Below are positions 37,516 to 50,284 of a stretch of 64,000 nt of DNA, one piece after another. Source of the stretch: Lingula anatina (taxonomy: Eukaryota; Animalia; Brachiopoda); assembly GCA_051362555.1 (NCBI GenBank), contig CM120644.1, forward strand, positions 3,480,954 through 3,544,953, given 5' to 3'. Below the pieces are notes generated by a model. The model did not search any database. It was not told the origin of the DNA and saw only the letters and a list, made by a program, of their open reading frames with translations. How positions within the stretch are numbered: position 1 is the first letter of the stretch; every line of letters starts with the position of its first letter. The position numbers were made by a program, and so were the translations under genes.

Positions 37516-40500
37516 ATCAAACGTCTAGTGAGGGTGTGGTATTCATATATGAGCGGTATTTGTAGTAGAACAAGGTAGCGTGTGACATCTGGTTATGTCT
37601 GTTACCAATCAAAAATTTTGCTACGTGGCAAAAATGACGACCATGATAAAACAAAAGAAAAAAATTCACACGAAAAGTAAACATAATTTTATTTCTGTAA
37701 ACGAAATTCGAACCTCCATCCACTTACACAATTACTCTGCATAGCATCCATTATACTGCACAACCTTACCACTACACCAGGGTGACGAACTGGCAAACGG
37801 TCCATTTTACGGAGTACTTATATGTGCTCACTAAAGCATAATATTACTGCCAGTAGTCATTATCCACTAGTTGCTACTTTAAATGGTCGGACATAGTTAT
37901 AGGGCGGACCTCCATTCCGTTGTAAACGTAATGCAGGTCCGCCAGGAATAGAAGTCCTACCTTTTATTATATCAGGAATGCAGGTCCCATTAGGACTACT
38001 ATTCCTCAGGAACGGTGGTCCGTAGGACCTGCATTCCGTTCACACCGGCTTAAGCGTCTGTCCCGCCCACTAAATGCTGTAAGGGGATAATTAACTATGG
38101 CGCCCGCTCGGCTGCCTGCAATTTAGCGTGAACTCCCAGGGAGTTAGGTGGATCTAAATCTTAATCTCTAGATCGATCTAAATCTCTGGGAAAGCACCCT
38201 TAAAGTGCGGCCGGAAAAGGAGGGTTTATACATAGGCCTACTTCATAGGTCAAGGAAGCGTGTGGTGCGCAAAAGGAATGTTTATTTACACAATGTTGTC
38301 TTGGAATGACAAGTAGGCCCCCCTATGTGTATTTTAGTGCCTACAGTTAGGTGAAAAGGCTGACCCCCCTGGGATTTGAGTTGCCAAAAAATAATCGCAA
38401 AGGTAAATAAAAAATTGCACACTTGGTATCAATTCTGTGAGAAAATGCACTCATGGCCACTATACAAGCATTCAACAATCTGTTTACAAAAGATTACTGT
38501 TTTTAACCAACTCAGTTCATGCCAAAAAGCTCATCCTCCCTTAGGGAGCTATTCACCAGGCTGTTATCAGGTTATTGTTTACCCTGACTGTTTGTCCAAC
38601 AAAGCTGGGAGGGCTGTTTTGAGCCTGCAGAGAACAGGTTGCATGGCCGTTATCAGTATGTGGGATCAGTTTACATGGTGTTTAGCCTGGACATGATGTA
38701 AACTGACCCCACAGCCTGAGTCGGCCTGTGCACAATAACAAATTAAGTGTGTATATGTTCACAGCAATGCAACTATTAGATAACTTCAGAAAAGCACAGA
38801 CTAGACTGAATGGAATCTAAGCTTATTTCTTGATCTTTTAGAGTACATATTATCTTTATTTTGTCAAGCACAAGCATGGCAGAGGAACGCCTTAGCGGAT
38901 TGGCTCTCTTGCTTGTCCACAGAGGAAGAAACGTTATTCCTGATCCTGAGACAATCTACGAAATGAAGTCCAATTGGCGTGTTGTGTTGAAAAAATAACT
39001 GTACTTATGGCAAAATGAAACCACGATTTCTGACTTCTGATTGAGCAATAAATAACAGTTAAAATGCACCAGAATGCAGTATTATACATACAGTTTTTAA
39101 AAATTTGCCACACCATGGGAGGGGGACACCCCCTCCCCCCTCGGGGGCTTCGCCCCCCCCCCGTGACCGCTTACTGACCCCCCTGACATTTTGCTCAGGC
39201 TACGCCCCTGATTGTTCGGTATAAATTGTCACTTTTAATTCTATGTCAGCTCCTAAGAGCTAAGGAAAATGAAAAAAAATACATTACACCTAGTTCCTTT
39301 CAAGTTGCAGTAGATAAAGTAAGTTTATAATCTAATAATATGAAAAAATAAATATTGTGCTCTTGGTAAAGCAACAATGTTAAACAAAATGATGCAAAAG
39401 TTACAAGTACTAGTTATCATGTTCTGACTAAAATTTAGTGAGATCAATGTACATGTATTTACAACTACAGGAGGTAGAAGGAGTTTCTGTCATTTCTGAC
39501 AATGCCAGCATCTCAGTGTCTGGGTTTCTCACCTTGCTGCAAGGGCACTGCTCGACTTCAATAAACATTTCCACACTATTGCACCTTTTAAAATCCTAAT
39601 AGCATAGAAAGAAAAATGTACAATAAAACTTGATGCATTCATCGGACAAGTATAACATTTCAATGGTGAAAGTTAGCTTTTCACTGATTAGATCTTCCCA
39701 AACCGATAGAAAGAGAATTCAGGTGAGTCGATCACAAAGCTTGGAAAAGCGCTTCTGACAGGTAGATAAGATATATCATTACCAGTTGCTCAAGGCTATT
39801 GATTGCCAGCCTGAGGCAAATGATAGCCACTCTCTTTTGCTTGTGATTTTTAGCTCAGATAAGATGCTGTCAGAACGTCACCTTTGTCTTGGTATTTGTC
39901 ACTGATTAATGCCTACCCTGGTGTAATAGGTGAATTAGTGTGATCATATGTGTGGAATTTCATGTTTGATGGACATATAAACGTCTAAAAATTGTCACAA
40001 TACTTTAAAAAAGATGCATCTTTGCACAGCAGTCGTGGATCGGTACGGTTCAGTTGCTAATTACTTCCTGGTTTTCACCAAGGTCCTTCAGAGACTCTAA
40101 AACATCGTTATAATTACAGCACATACCATAAAACACCTTCAGATATTTATATATGGGCATAACAGATTGCACACAAGCAAAAATTCCACATGACAACGAT
40201 TAATAGCCTCCCGGAAATTCTTTTCCTTTGATGCTCTTTGTCGCGCTGGCGGTTGATGCAGTATATATTTCAAAACAAATTGACTGCAAATTAAGCACGA
40301 TTTTTCACCCCTAAGTTCTGTGACACGTTTTCATATCATGCTCCTATTATTTCTACAAGTATTCTCTGCCCCCAAATGCATAAAGATAGAATGTTTTCTT
40401 GCCGTGTTGTTAGAATAACTGCTTTTTTTCTCAAAGCCCACGTCTTCATCCCCAGCTAAAAATGACCACTAAGCTTTGTCTTACACCACTACACGTAACT

Positions 40501-40694
40501 TCCGGCACAATTCTGATCAATTCTGGTCTCCTCCGGTACCCCTTAATAACTTAAGAGTTTTTAGTTTACGTAAAGTAAGAAACAGCTTTCATTCAAAAAT
40601 CGCATCTGTCATAAGAATATGTCTTTCATGCTAATTACAACAACAAGAAATGTCCCACTTCATGAGCGAATAACTAGCTTCAGTATTTTTTCAG

Positions 40695-40901
40695 AATTTG
40701 GCTGTTATGAAGAAATGTGTGAAAGAATCAAGAAATATGGTTTAACAGAAGCAGCGTCTAAAATGTTGAGGGAGAGAATGGACCAGTGGAAGAAAGTGGA
40801 CCTTCAGGTTGGCGTTATAGGGGAATCAGGAGCCGGAAAGTCGTCATTTATTAATGCAGCCTTTGGTCTGGACGCAACTGATCCACTGGCGGCAAAAGTC
40901 G
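40695..40901 (+). CDS. IRG/IIGP-family GTPase, P-loop (G1) exon
   Basis: Acceptor ttttttcag|AA at 40694/40695; encodes QWKKVDLQVGVIGESGAGKSSFINA...AAKV; phase-1 donor G|gtaggt at 40901/40902. The start could be the ATG at 40715 or lie in an upstream exon. Confidence 0.9.
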
Positions 40902-41321
40902 GTAGGTAGCATATCTGTTATTCTGATTGGTTTTTGAACCTCGATGAAAAAATATACCATTATTTGTCTTTTCTGTATTCAAACATTATAATGTTAACAT
41001 AATATTCCATTCCATCCTGACAGTTCTCATGCCTTTGAATAACCTCTTCTCTAATTAGCTAAACGTAAATTCTTCACTTTTAGTTCATTTAATTCTTCAG
41101 TGTGAATCATTTACAGTATATCATCATCCGTGTAAGAGCAGGTATTCCCTCCATACAATTTAAACTTTCACATTTATGTACTTTTTAACTGGTTAAAGTG
41201 AAATGGTTTTAGTTCAGAACATCTGCTTTGATTTGAGGGCATATTATTTTTTATATTTACAACCCAATGCTGATACATATAACCGTTCGATTTTATCGTG
41301 TTTTTTTTTTTTGCGGAACAG

Positions 41322-42271
41322 GTGTTGTTGAAACGACAACAGTGCCCACGCCTTACAAACTCCCAGATAAACCCCTGACTTTATGGGACCTTCCTGGAGT
41401 CAACACCGATTTTTTTCCGAAGGAAACATATCTACAGCAAATCGATGTTCATAGATATGAATTCTTTATCATTGTTTCAAGCGAACGCTTTTCAGACAAC
41501 GACATGTGGCTGGCAAAGACCATTCAACAAGAGAACAAGAAGTTTTACTTCGTCAGGTCGAAGATTGACAACGATATTGACAACGGCAGTCGAAATCGTA
41601 CTCCCGCAGAAAAGGTTCTGCACCAAGTATACGAGAACTGCCACAAGAAGCTCAGCGGAAAAGGGTTTGCCAATGCTTCTGTCTTTCTTATATCAAATCA
41701 CCACCCAAGCGATTGGGATTTTCAGAACCTAATGGAACAGCTCATCACAGACATTCCAAAAAAGAAACGAGAAGCTCTGGTACTCTCTGTAGCAGCTACT
41801 GGCAAAGAAGCAATTCTCGCCAAAAAAGAACTATTAGGGTCTCAAATCTGGATTGCCTCGCTCATAGCCTCCGTGGGTGTTCTTGTTCCGATCCCAGGTA
41901 CAACTGTTTTGGCAAATTGTGCTGTACTGTTGAGACAAGTCAAATTCTACGAGGCGCAATTTGGACTGGACCCACTTGTAAAATTTTATCTTTTCTTTGA
42001 AAAGGTGCGCCTCAAAATGACCGACCTGTCGAATCTAGCAACAGAGACGGGGATCAAACAATTGCTCAAAACGATCTTCAACTTTAAGGACCCTAAAATT
42101 CTCCTCGCAGAGGATAAGCGTTGGATTCATCTCCGTAACATTGGCGGGGGTGCAGTAATTAATGTCATGATCATGTACCACACCCTGCATTGTATACTGG
42201 ACGCATTTGCGCAAGCGGCACTGAAAAACCTAATGGCGGAAACTGATCAATATGAACTGACTGTTCTCTAG
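41322..42271 (+). CDS. IRG/IIGP-family GTPase (interferon-inducible GTPase 5-like), terminal exon A
   Basis: Acceptor aacag|GT restores GVVETT (G2). WDLPG (G3), FYFVRSKID (G4), FLISN (G5) and VPIPG..Y..QFGLD follow; open to TAG at 42269-42271. Confidence 0.93.
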
Positions 42272-42692
42272 AAAGTTTATTGAATAGATTACCCTGAAAT
42301 TCACGTTTTATGGACAACGTAAGACGCATTTTAATTCCATACTATTAGTACGAATTACAATATCGCTATAGTTTCCAATTAATCTATCATTTAAAGCGTA
42401 AAAACTACATCCAGTGACCAGGATGTAGCCACAGCCACCATAGAAAAGCTTGACATTGCAAAATTTATAATAATAACATATCCTTTAGTTGTGATTTTAT
42501 ACCACTAATTGTGGTTTCTAAATCTGAACAGTTTTAAACAAGTAGCGAAGAGGTTCAAAATAGTTATATATGCATTTATAAAAAAAATTAATTTTATGCA
42601 GTAATTAATTATGTGCTGGAAATATACTGTGTGGTTGTGTACTTTCTAACATGATCAAATGCCCATTATTACTAATACATTGCCTCGTTTTA

Positions 42693-45600
42693 CGGTCATT
42701 CCACGTAAAGGGGTACAATTCCAAAACAAGAAATGCAGTGATATGAACTTTGCAAAACTGGAAAATTTTTTTATATTATTTTGATGAAGAGGTATTCAGA
42801 GAGTAGTTGAATAATTTTTACCCACACCATTACTGTATTTAAAGAAACATGCACGTGTAAACATGGTACAGTATTTTTTCGTTACGGAGGTTAGGTAACA
42901 TCTAAATTAGGTTATATTTCAATCATGCCAAAGGTCACAGGCTCCATATTTGATTCAATTATTAAGATTTTGTATGTATTTAAAATATTATTGCCTATTT
43001 AAGATTTCTCTTCACTTATAGAAAGTGCGGTGCAAACACAATTGTAATAAGTGCCTCGTTTTCTATAAATACAAAGCCCGAGATATTCCAATTTAAATGT
43101 TTCATTAATCATTGGGGACAGACCTGCTCTTTTATCATACTATTTGTTTATGAACAAAGTGCTATCAATCTATTATGATATGAGCATTGATCAATGAGCA
43201 TATGAAAAAAGGGTAATTTCGTAACGGAGGTTAGGTCATTAATAGCGATCATATTTGTTTTGATATTTCTTAGCTTAAAGTAGACTTTAGAAGCTGAATT
43301 CGGAATTTGTAGTATTACAGATAAGACAAACATTACATAATAACATAGAAATATGGATAAAACGTTTATTCAAACCAATAAATGACAAATGGTTACAACG
43401 GGTTGTTTTGCTTACTTTCAAAGACTACATAAATATATTAACCACTACTGGATACATTTCACCGCTAATATGTTGATCCATATATCTGTAGAATTCACAT
43501 TCCATATTTTAGTAGAGTAAGAGTTTAATTTATAATCTTAGTAACAGAGGTTAGGTAAAACCGTTTAAACCGTTCAAAATCTTTCACGAGAAAAGGTTCG
43601 CGGTCACTAGATTTTTTCTTTCTCTGCAGTGTTTTTGTCGCTCTGTATTTGTAAGTGGCATATTGGTGTCTGTATAACAAAACATTTAACTACAGGCTTG
43701 ACATTTAATATGGAATATTTCAGTTTCGAAGGTATACCTAGGTAAAAATACATTCTTTTTCCAAAAAACTCCGATCTTATATAAGATTTGTGAATGTAAA
43801 AGTGTGCAGTCAGGTTTGTCACTATCAATTAACTGACTTTCATGCCTGTTGCGCTGCTACATTATGTAATTTGCAGTGATTTAATTGGGTAGTGTTCATT
43901 TGGGCTGATCAAAGCTTGGCTTAGGCAAAGCTTGGTTCTGTCAAAAAAGTATCCATATTTCGGCAACTACTGCATAGAAGAATTTGAAATTTTGCATGCA
44001 AGCGGTCAGTTTTGCAGTGCGCAAGATGAGTCAGTAGTGCATCACAAATTTGTTAATCTAAGGCAGAATGGCGCGAAAAATACAGACCTAACCAGACAGA
44101 TCATAGCGCCAAACGGAACGGTCCCCACAGTTTTATAGAGTAATGCCCAGACTGATGTACCTACACAGAGGTCACCCCCAATGTATCAAAATTTTACCTA
44201 CAGGGTACATGACCCACTGTCTTTCGGGATACGCTGCTGCAACTAAACAAAAAAACACGTAGTCCGTTCAGAACGAGGGGTAAATTGCCACTAAAATGCG
44301 TTTTTCAAAGCCCTTAGCGAACACCAAACTGGTTTTAGCAGGTAAGAACACCAAATGACCTCCGAGGTACTCACTGTATTCACCAAAACATTGTCGTCTG
44401 TTTCTCTAATAAATTGGGGGCCAGGAACGATTCTGGGTAGAACACTGAAACTGCGTGACTTTCTTTATTGAGGTCAGATTTCACCTGTACCGCCTAATTA
44501 GTCAAAACAGAGTTTACAGATATCCAGAAGAGGCCTACGACGAAGCATATGCCGGGTCTAAAGTGACAAGGGTGATTGACAGCGTCAGTATTTGGAGTAG
44601 ATTCCACATTGGTGCCAAAACACCAATGGCAGTCATCGACGAAAACCTGAACCAGATAAAATAAAGGAATAATCTCAGAACCACTTGACTATATCATTTG
44701 ATAGGGGGCACCTTAGGAACAATTCTAGGTTGCACGATGAGGTTGCAGGTTCACACAGAGCACTTTTAATAGCAGATAACTTACAGAACCAAGGGAATGA
44801 GCAGCTACCCTGGTCATCGCCACATTTGAACCACATAGACAATATTTCGGTAGACCATTACTCATCAATCAACTGCCTACATGTCCTACAACAAAACTGG
44901 ACCAGATTGGACAATTTCAGACCGATGCCTGGAATGCTATTCCAGATTGAACTCTAAAAACCTACCCACAAGAAATGCCTTGCCGCTTGAGAGCGCTGGT
45001 AACAGCCACGAAGAGGCCAGGCGTAATAACGACCATTACTGTGACTAGCAACTGACATGAGGGTCTTTTGTGGAGCGTATTACCCTTTTACAGACGATAA
45101 TTTGGAAAATATGGAGATCCAAAATATCTCTTTTAATAGGAGTCGTATGACATAGAATAGGCAATGTGTTTTTGTTTGCTTCTCTGGCGAATTCCATTTA
45201 TAAACTGATGTCACAATGACATCAAAGAGATAATTTAAAGTTATTAAAACAGGATTTTAATCCTTATTTTCATTTATCAGTCAGCAAAATAGAAAAAAAA
45301 CTGATAGAAAATTATTTCGAAAAAAAATTCCATATTAAATGTCAAGTCTGTACATGTACATGATCGCAGCTTTAGGCAATAAAAAACATCACAGTACCCG
45401 AGAAAGTTAATGTATACAATCAAGTAGGCCGACAATAGACACGTGTTTGCGGATAACTGTCCATTTAAAGTTACTGAAAGCATTTAGAAGATTGTAAAAA
45501 CTATTATGTGCTACTGAAATAGTAAAATAGGGCCTAATAATCCCGCAGTTGCTTCTGAAGTTCAATGCTTAATACAACATTGGTCAAAAAGGTTGTCCCA

Positions 45601-46781
45601 CCCCCATTTCCATGTACTTTTATTTACAAATGATCTCCTCACAGCTGTGAACTGTTAGAAATAGTGCTTTTTATTACGGATACAGTGTCTAACATGATTA
45701 ATGGTTAAAAAAATACAAAATAGTGGTGAAAATATACACATTTTATACCATTTAGTAAAATGTATAAGAGGTATCCCCTCAAATCGACTGTTTCACTGTG
45801 ACTTCTACAGATGTAAAGAAATGTCTATAAAGATAACAATGATAATACGGGGTAAGTCTGTCTTTAACAGCAAGCGGTATGAATGCATACTACATCAGAA
45901 AATAGAAGTAGAACTACTTCTATGATCAGAATTTACTCACAAAACCACAGAAATAACGTTTTAAAGTATTAACAGTCATTTTTATAACAATTAAGTTATT
46001 TCGTAACGGAGTTTAGCATAACGAATGTAATTAAGGTGACACGCATTATTTTTCAGTTTTTATCCTCGGGATAACTTTGCATAACTATTGAATAAATTTT
46101 TTTAGGAAGAAGCTGGTCCTTGCTTTACAAAAATGATGTTTTTAACTTTCTAAAGCAACATTCTCTTCAAATTTGGTCTGTTACTGAGGTTAGGCTCTTT
46201 AATGCGACCCCCCCCCCCCCACTTTTGTGAGTTAATATTCTCCATGGTGGTACGCATCATTCAAAATTAACAAATCACTGTTTTTTTTAACTTCATGTAT
46301 TATGAGTTTGAAAAATGCACAGGAAGGCCATTTAAGAGCATATTCTTTTATTCTTACATTGACTTAAAAAAGCGTTACGGAGGTTAGGAGTTACTGAGCG
46401 ACATTGATTGAACTATGAAAGTGACGTAACTAACCAACAAATTTGACAGAGAACACCATGTATGATAATAAGAAACATGAATTCAAATTAGTTGAGGACT
46501 AAAAACACTAAAATACGGGAAAATATAAACTTTTTCTTGTGCCAAATCAGCTATATAATACCGAAGCGACACGTCGAAATCGTGCTTTTTGCGACATATA
46601 TAGACCCCCGGGGTTCCCGTCAAAGCAAGTGGTACTATATTAATTGTTGTTTTTTTAAGTAGAACACATCGGGTCCTGCTAAAAAAGGCTAAAAAAAAGC
46701 TAAATTGCAGATGCTTTTACTACCGAAAATAAGCTGCGACAGGTATTATTCAGAATTGTACCCTTTTACGTGGAATGGCTG
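42693..46781. mobile_element. 4.1-kb unclassified non-autonomous TIR transposon with 4-bp TTTA TSD, containing a nested Tc1
   Basis: TIRs CGGTCATTCCACGTAAAGGGGTACAATTC / GAATTGTACCCTTTTACGTGGAATGGCTG with TTTA on both sides. The empty site is visible in the paralogous flank at about 51711-51742. Confidence 0.88.
43693..45350 (+). mobile_element. Full-length but defective Tc1-family transposon
   Basis: TA|CAGGCTTGACATTTAATATGGAAT...ATTCCATATTAAATGTCAAGTCTG|TA; close reverse complement of 14630-16286. Confidence 0.93.
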
Positions 46782-47389
46782 TTTAAAGGTGTTTTGTGAT
46801 GTAGCATTTTTTGTGTAATGTTTCCAATAAATGCTCTTTGTACATTAATTGCAATTTGCGTGGGGTGTTAAACTGAAGGAGGGGGAGGTCTGAAACGTAA
46901 AAGTTATCTAAAAAAGACAAAATATAAGACGTGTCTACCATAATGCACGAGTATAGACCCGTTTTTTCACTCTGCCTCAGTTGGCTAAAAGGTTTCTTGT
47001 AATATAAATAATGATAAATTTAGTGACCATAATTTAATTCGAGATGTATAAAATCAAATTCTATTTGTCCTTTTGCCACTGAAATTACCGAAGAAATACG
47101 CATTCTTACACAAAAGTTAATCAGAGAAAGATTTCCATGCCGAAGAAGTAAATTCTATTTTTTCCACTTTCGCCATCATCTGCGACATGAAAGGATACTA
47201 CAGCACCATCTTCCGTGACATGGTAAACCACGAGGAATTTTTCGCGCTCTTCTAAGCTTAGAAGTTCACTTCATTCAATAACGCCCGACGCATAAACAAA
47301 CTGCCGAAATTCAGCTAAACCCTCGCGGTGAAATCCAGCCTACCAAACCCGTTCATGTGTCTCTAAATCGTCCTGGACCGTTACAGCTA

Positions 47390-47550
47390 GTTACCTCCGC
47401 CAAGGAGGTTATGTTTTCACCCCTGTTTGTTTGTTTGTTTGTTTGTCTATCTTTCTGTCTGTTTGTCATCAACATAACTCAAAGTTATGGACCGATTTTG
47501 ATGAAATTTTCAGGAACTGTCAGAAGTGGGCCAAGAAACAAGTGATTACT
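47390..47550 (+). mobile_element. Helentron-associated (HINE/DINE-like) element 5' end
   Basis: TTACCTCCGCCAAGGAGGTTATG hairpin, then a (GTTT)n microsatellite and ATAACTCAAAGTTATGGACCGATTTTGATGAAATT. Confidence 0.7.
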
Positions 47551-50039
47551 TTTCATTTTCATTCACAAAGTAATGAAAGTCGTCACCCCTCTGCGCCAAG
47601 ACAATTTCTTTTCAAGTAAGCCACAACAAAACAGGGTTATATATAGAGATATCATGATTTTCATTAATTGAAATAAATGGTGAGCTAATGTCATGCATAA
47701 TGAGCAATCGACAATATAAGTAGAACACATGAGGACCAATACAGCGTCGAATCAATATACATTCACATTACAGTCAGATACATGCATTGCAGGAAGAACT
47801 TTGAAGGGCTTTCACGGGAACAAACAAATTAAAAAAAAAACGTTGTAAGATGTCCATTTGTTTCATTATTGGTCGACATTGAACAATCCTCTGACCGCTT
47901 CACAAGTTTCTCTGTTAATTTTATTTATGCTTAGAATTGTTATTAATAATTTTTTGATAAAGGAATAGACCAGATACATGTACACTAAGGAGACCTATTC
48001 CCGCCATCTATACACTGTACTTGGTTAATCGTAATGTGTATTTATATTTGCAGGTGTCAAATAAAAAAAAATCAGGAACAAACACTCTAATAAATTACCT
48101 TGTATTTAAAAGGTGGAAATGCCCTGTTGAACTGATTTTGATCCTTTGCAATATATGCCCACTTACAACCACTTTTCATTCCTAAAAAATCGTACTAGGA
48201 AAACTTCCAAATGAAATGTATTGACACCGCATGTCGTGGGCCTTTTGCCCGATCCCAGGTAATAAAATTAAAGTCAGTTCTTTTTTTTCACAATTAATAA
48301 TAAGTTGAAATGTGTCATACAACACATACAAGTCTGGCATTCAATAATACTAATAAATAACAAATCCCGATTTATTTTGATACATAAAACTTCGTCTCTT
48401 TGCTGTTAACACTATCATTCTTACCATAGTTCCACCACATTTTTGAAAAATGATTACCCAGCAGGAAATCTAAATATATCTCATACTGTTTTTACTTAAC
48501 TTCACGTGTCAATCGTAGGACTGTAGACACATAATTTGAGCAAAGCTTTGATCCATGATCTAAAACGAGTCAGTAATGTTAGGTCCAGGGGGCTGGTAGT
48601 CCTAGTAGAAGCGTGCAGGGGGGGGGGGGGGCACAGCAGGTACTATAAGCGAGGCCCCTGGGGTTTGCATCCCCCCTCCAACAAAAATTATACAGCATAC
48701 TAAATGAGGCAAAATCAGTCAACTCTTCCATCCTTGAACTTCAACATACAAGTTTGTGAATTGCAGTTTTTTTTTAAATAAAAATTTCCTACATCTACTA
48801 GTACTGTTGTATCAAGTTACTTGTAGGGAAGGGGATTTTTTTATCATTTGAGCGCCCTCCCCGTCCCTACCCCTTTTAGTAAAATCATGGATCCACCATT
48901 GTTGTAATCAACGATTTCATGATCATATATTCATTATTACTCATTCATCACAAGCCAGTGATTGTTTGCTAGAAATAAAATGAAGCTCTTTTACAAACAC
49001 AGGTAAAGGACGAGATATGTTGATGTGTCAAACTGTGCTCTACACTGTGATGAATGGAAACCAGTGCAATTAGTGAGATACTTCAAAGTCCATAATTATG
49101 TTGTGAGTCTTTAAAAGCATATAGTTCGTCTGAGATTATTTCAAAACATGGGCTAGATGGGTGCTTCCTCAAACAAATAATCTTTTCAAAAACTCCCAAC
49201 CAGTTAAAAATTTCACCATTCAAACTGTATGAGCAACAAATCTATATGAATTCGATGTAGCTGCTCTGGTAACATTTTATGGTAACTGTATAAAAATTGC
49301 CATCCTTAAAACCAACATACAGGCTATACCATTACGTGGCAATTTCTCAATACTTTTTAGCCTAGTGCCTGTACACAAAATTCCTTGTACCCAGATTTCT
49401 ATACATAAAGAGAGAGATAAATAAACAAAATACCTATATAATATCACAGCATGAACTCATGCATTGAGCAAATCTTGAACAATTAATATGTTACAAATGA
49501 AAAATAATATTTTGATTTTGGTCTGATCTGTAACAAAAAGGGGCTTTCAACACCATCACAAAGAAGCTAGTTCTAATACTCCCAGGATATGAGCTTCCAG
49601 GATGAGTGACATTTAAAGCTGGATTCATAAGTGAGTTCCAGTTGAATACTGACTCAAAGTCACTTGAGCTTGTGGTAAGAACAGGTGACCTTGACATCCC
49701 TTATGACCTTTGACCTTCTAGATGATCTTTGACCTTCAAGCATTCTGCTTGAAATGGTTGTCTTTTGAAGTGTGGTACATGTAGATGTATCCATATAAAG
49801 AATGCTGTATTTGCTCTTTGACAAGCTTAATACTCTGCCTGTAATTAATTTGGATAGTTTAAGTAACATGGCATAAGATACATATGTATGCCTCTTCCAA
49901 GTGATCTGCAAGCCAAATGTTGAAATGCTTTGACACATATTCACATACATGCATGGTGGGTGCAACAGCCCATGTATGCACACACCCACAAACACAATCG
50001 TTCTCTCTTTTTTATATACTTCAACATAGACAGACTCTC

Positions 50040-50245
50040 TTTCTCTTGTACACACACACTCACACGCACACACACACACACACACACATTCCCTCTTTCT
50101 TACACACACCATGCACACACACCCATACACAAATATGCAAAAATAGTCTCTTTCTTACACATACCATTCATCCACACCCCCCCCACACACGAATGTACCC
50201 CGAGCAAACACAGATGCACGATCCCCCCCCCACACACACACACAA
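50040..50245 (+). repeat. CA-rich low-complexity tract
   Basis: Interrupted (CA)n directly upstream of the second IRG acceptor; explains the spurious HT/CV-rich ORFs. Confidence 0.95.
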
Positions 50246-50284
50246 ATGGCCCTCACCTATGCACTCTCCTATAGACTATAACAG

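Larger units (their letters stand above)
35883..38044 (-). mobile_element. Ginger1 DNA transposon, internal-deletion derivative
   Basis: TIRs TGTGAACGGAATG / CATTCCGTTCACA with a perfect CCGG TSD (35879-35882, 38045-38048). Subterminal GTCC(T)AGGA repeats and Gypsy-type integrase exons lie inside. Confidence 0.9.

Noticed and set aside
41267-41321. ATG at 41267 as the start of a single-exon IRG
   Set aside because: It lies in the intron before the polypyrimidine tract, and the product would lack the P-loop.
49491-49810. Coding-looking stretch as the missing G1 exon of IRG exon B or the next EGF-gene exon
   Set aside because: No P-loop in any frame I read, in-frame stops on +, and no convincing acceptor on -.
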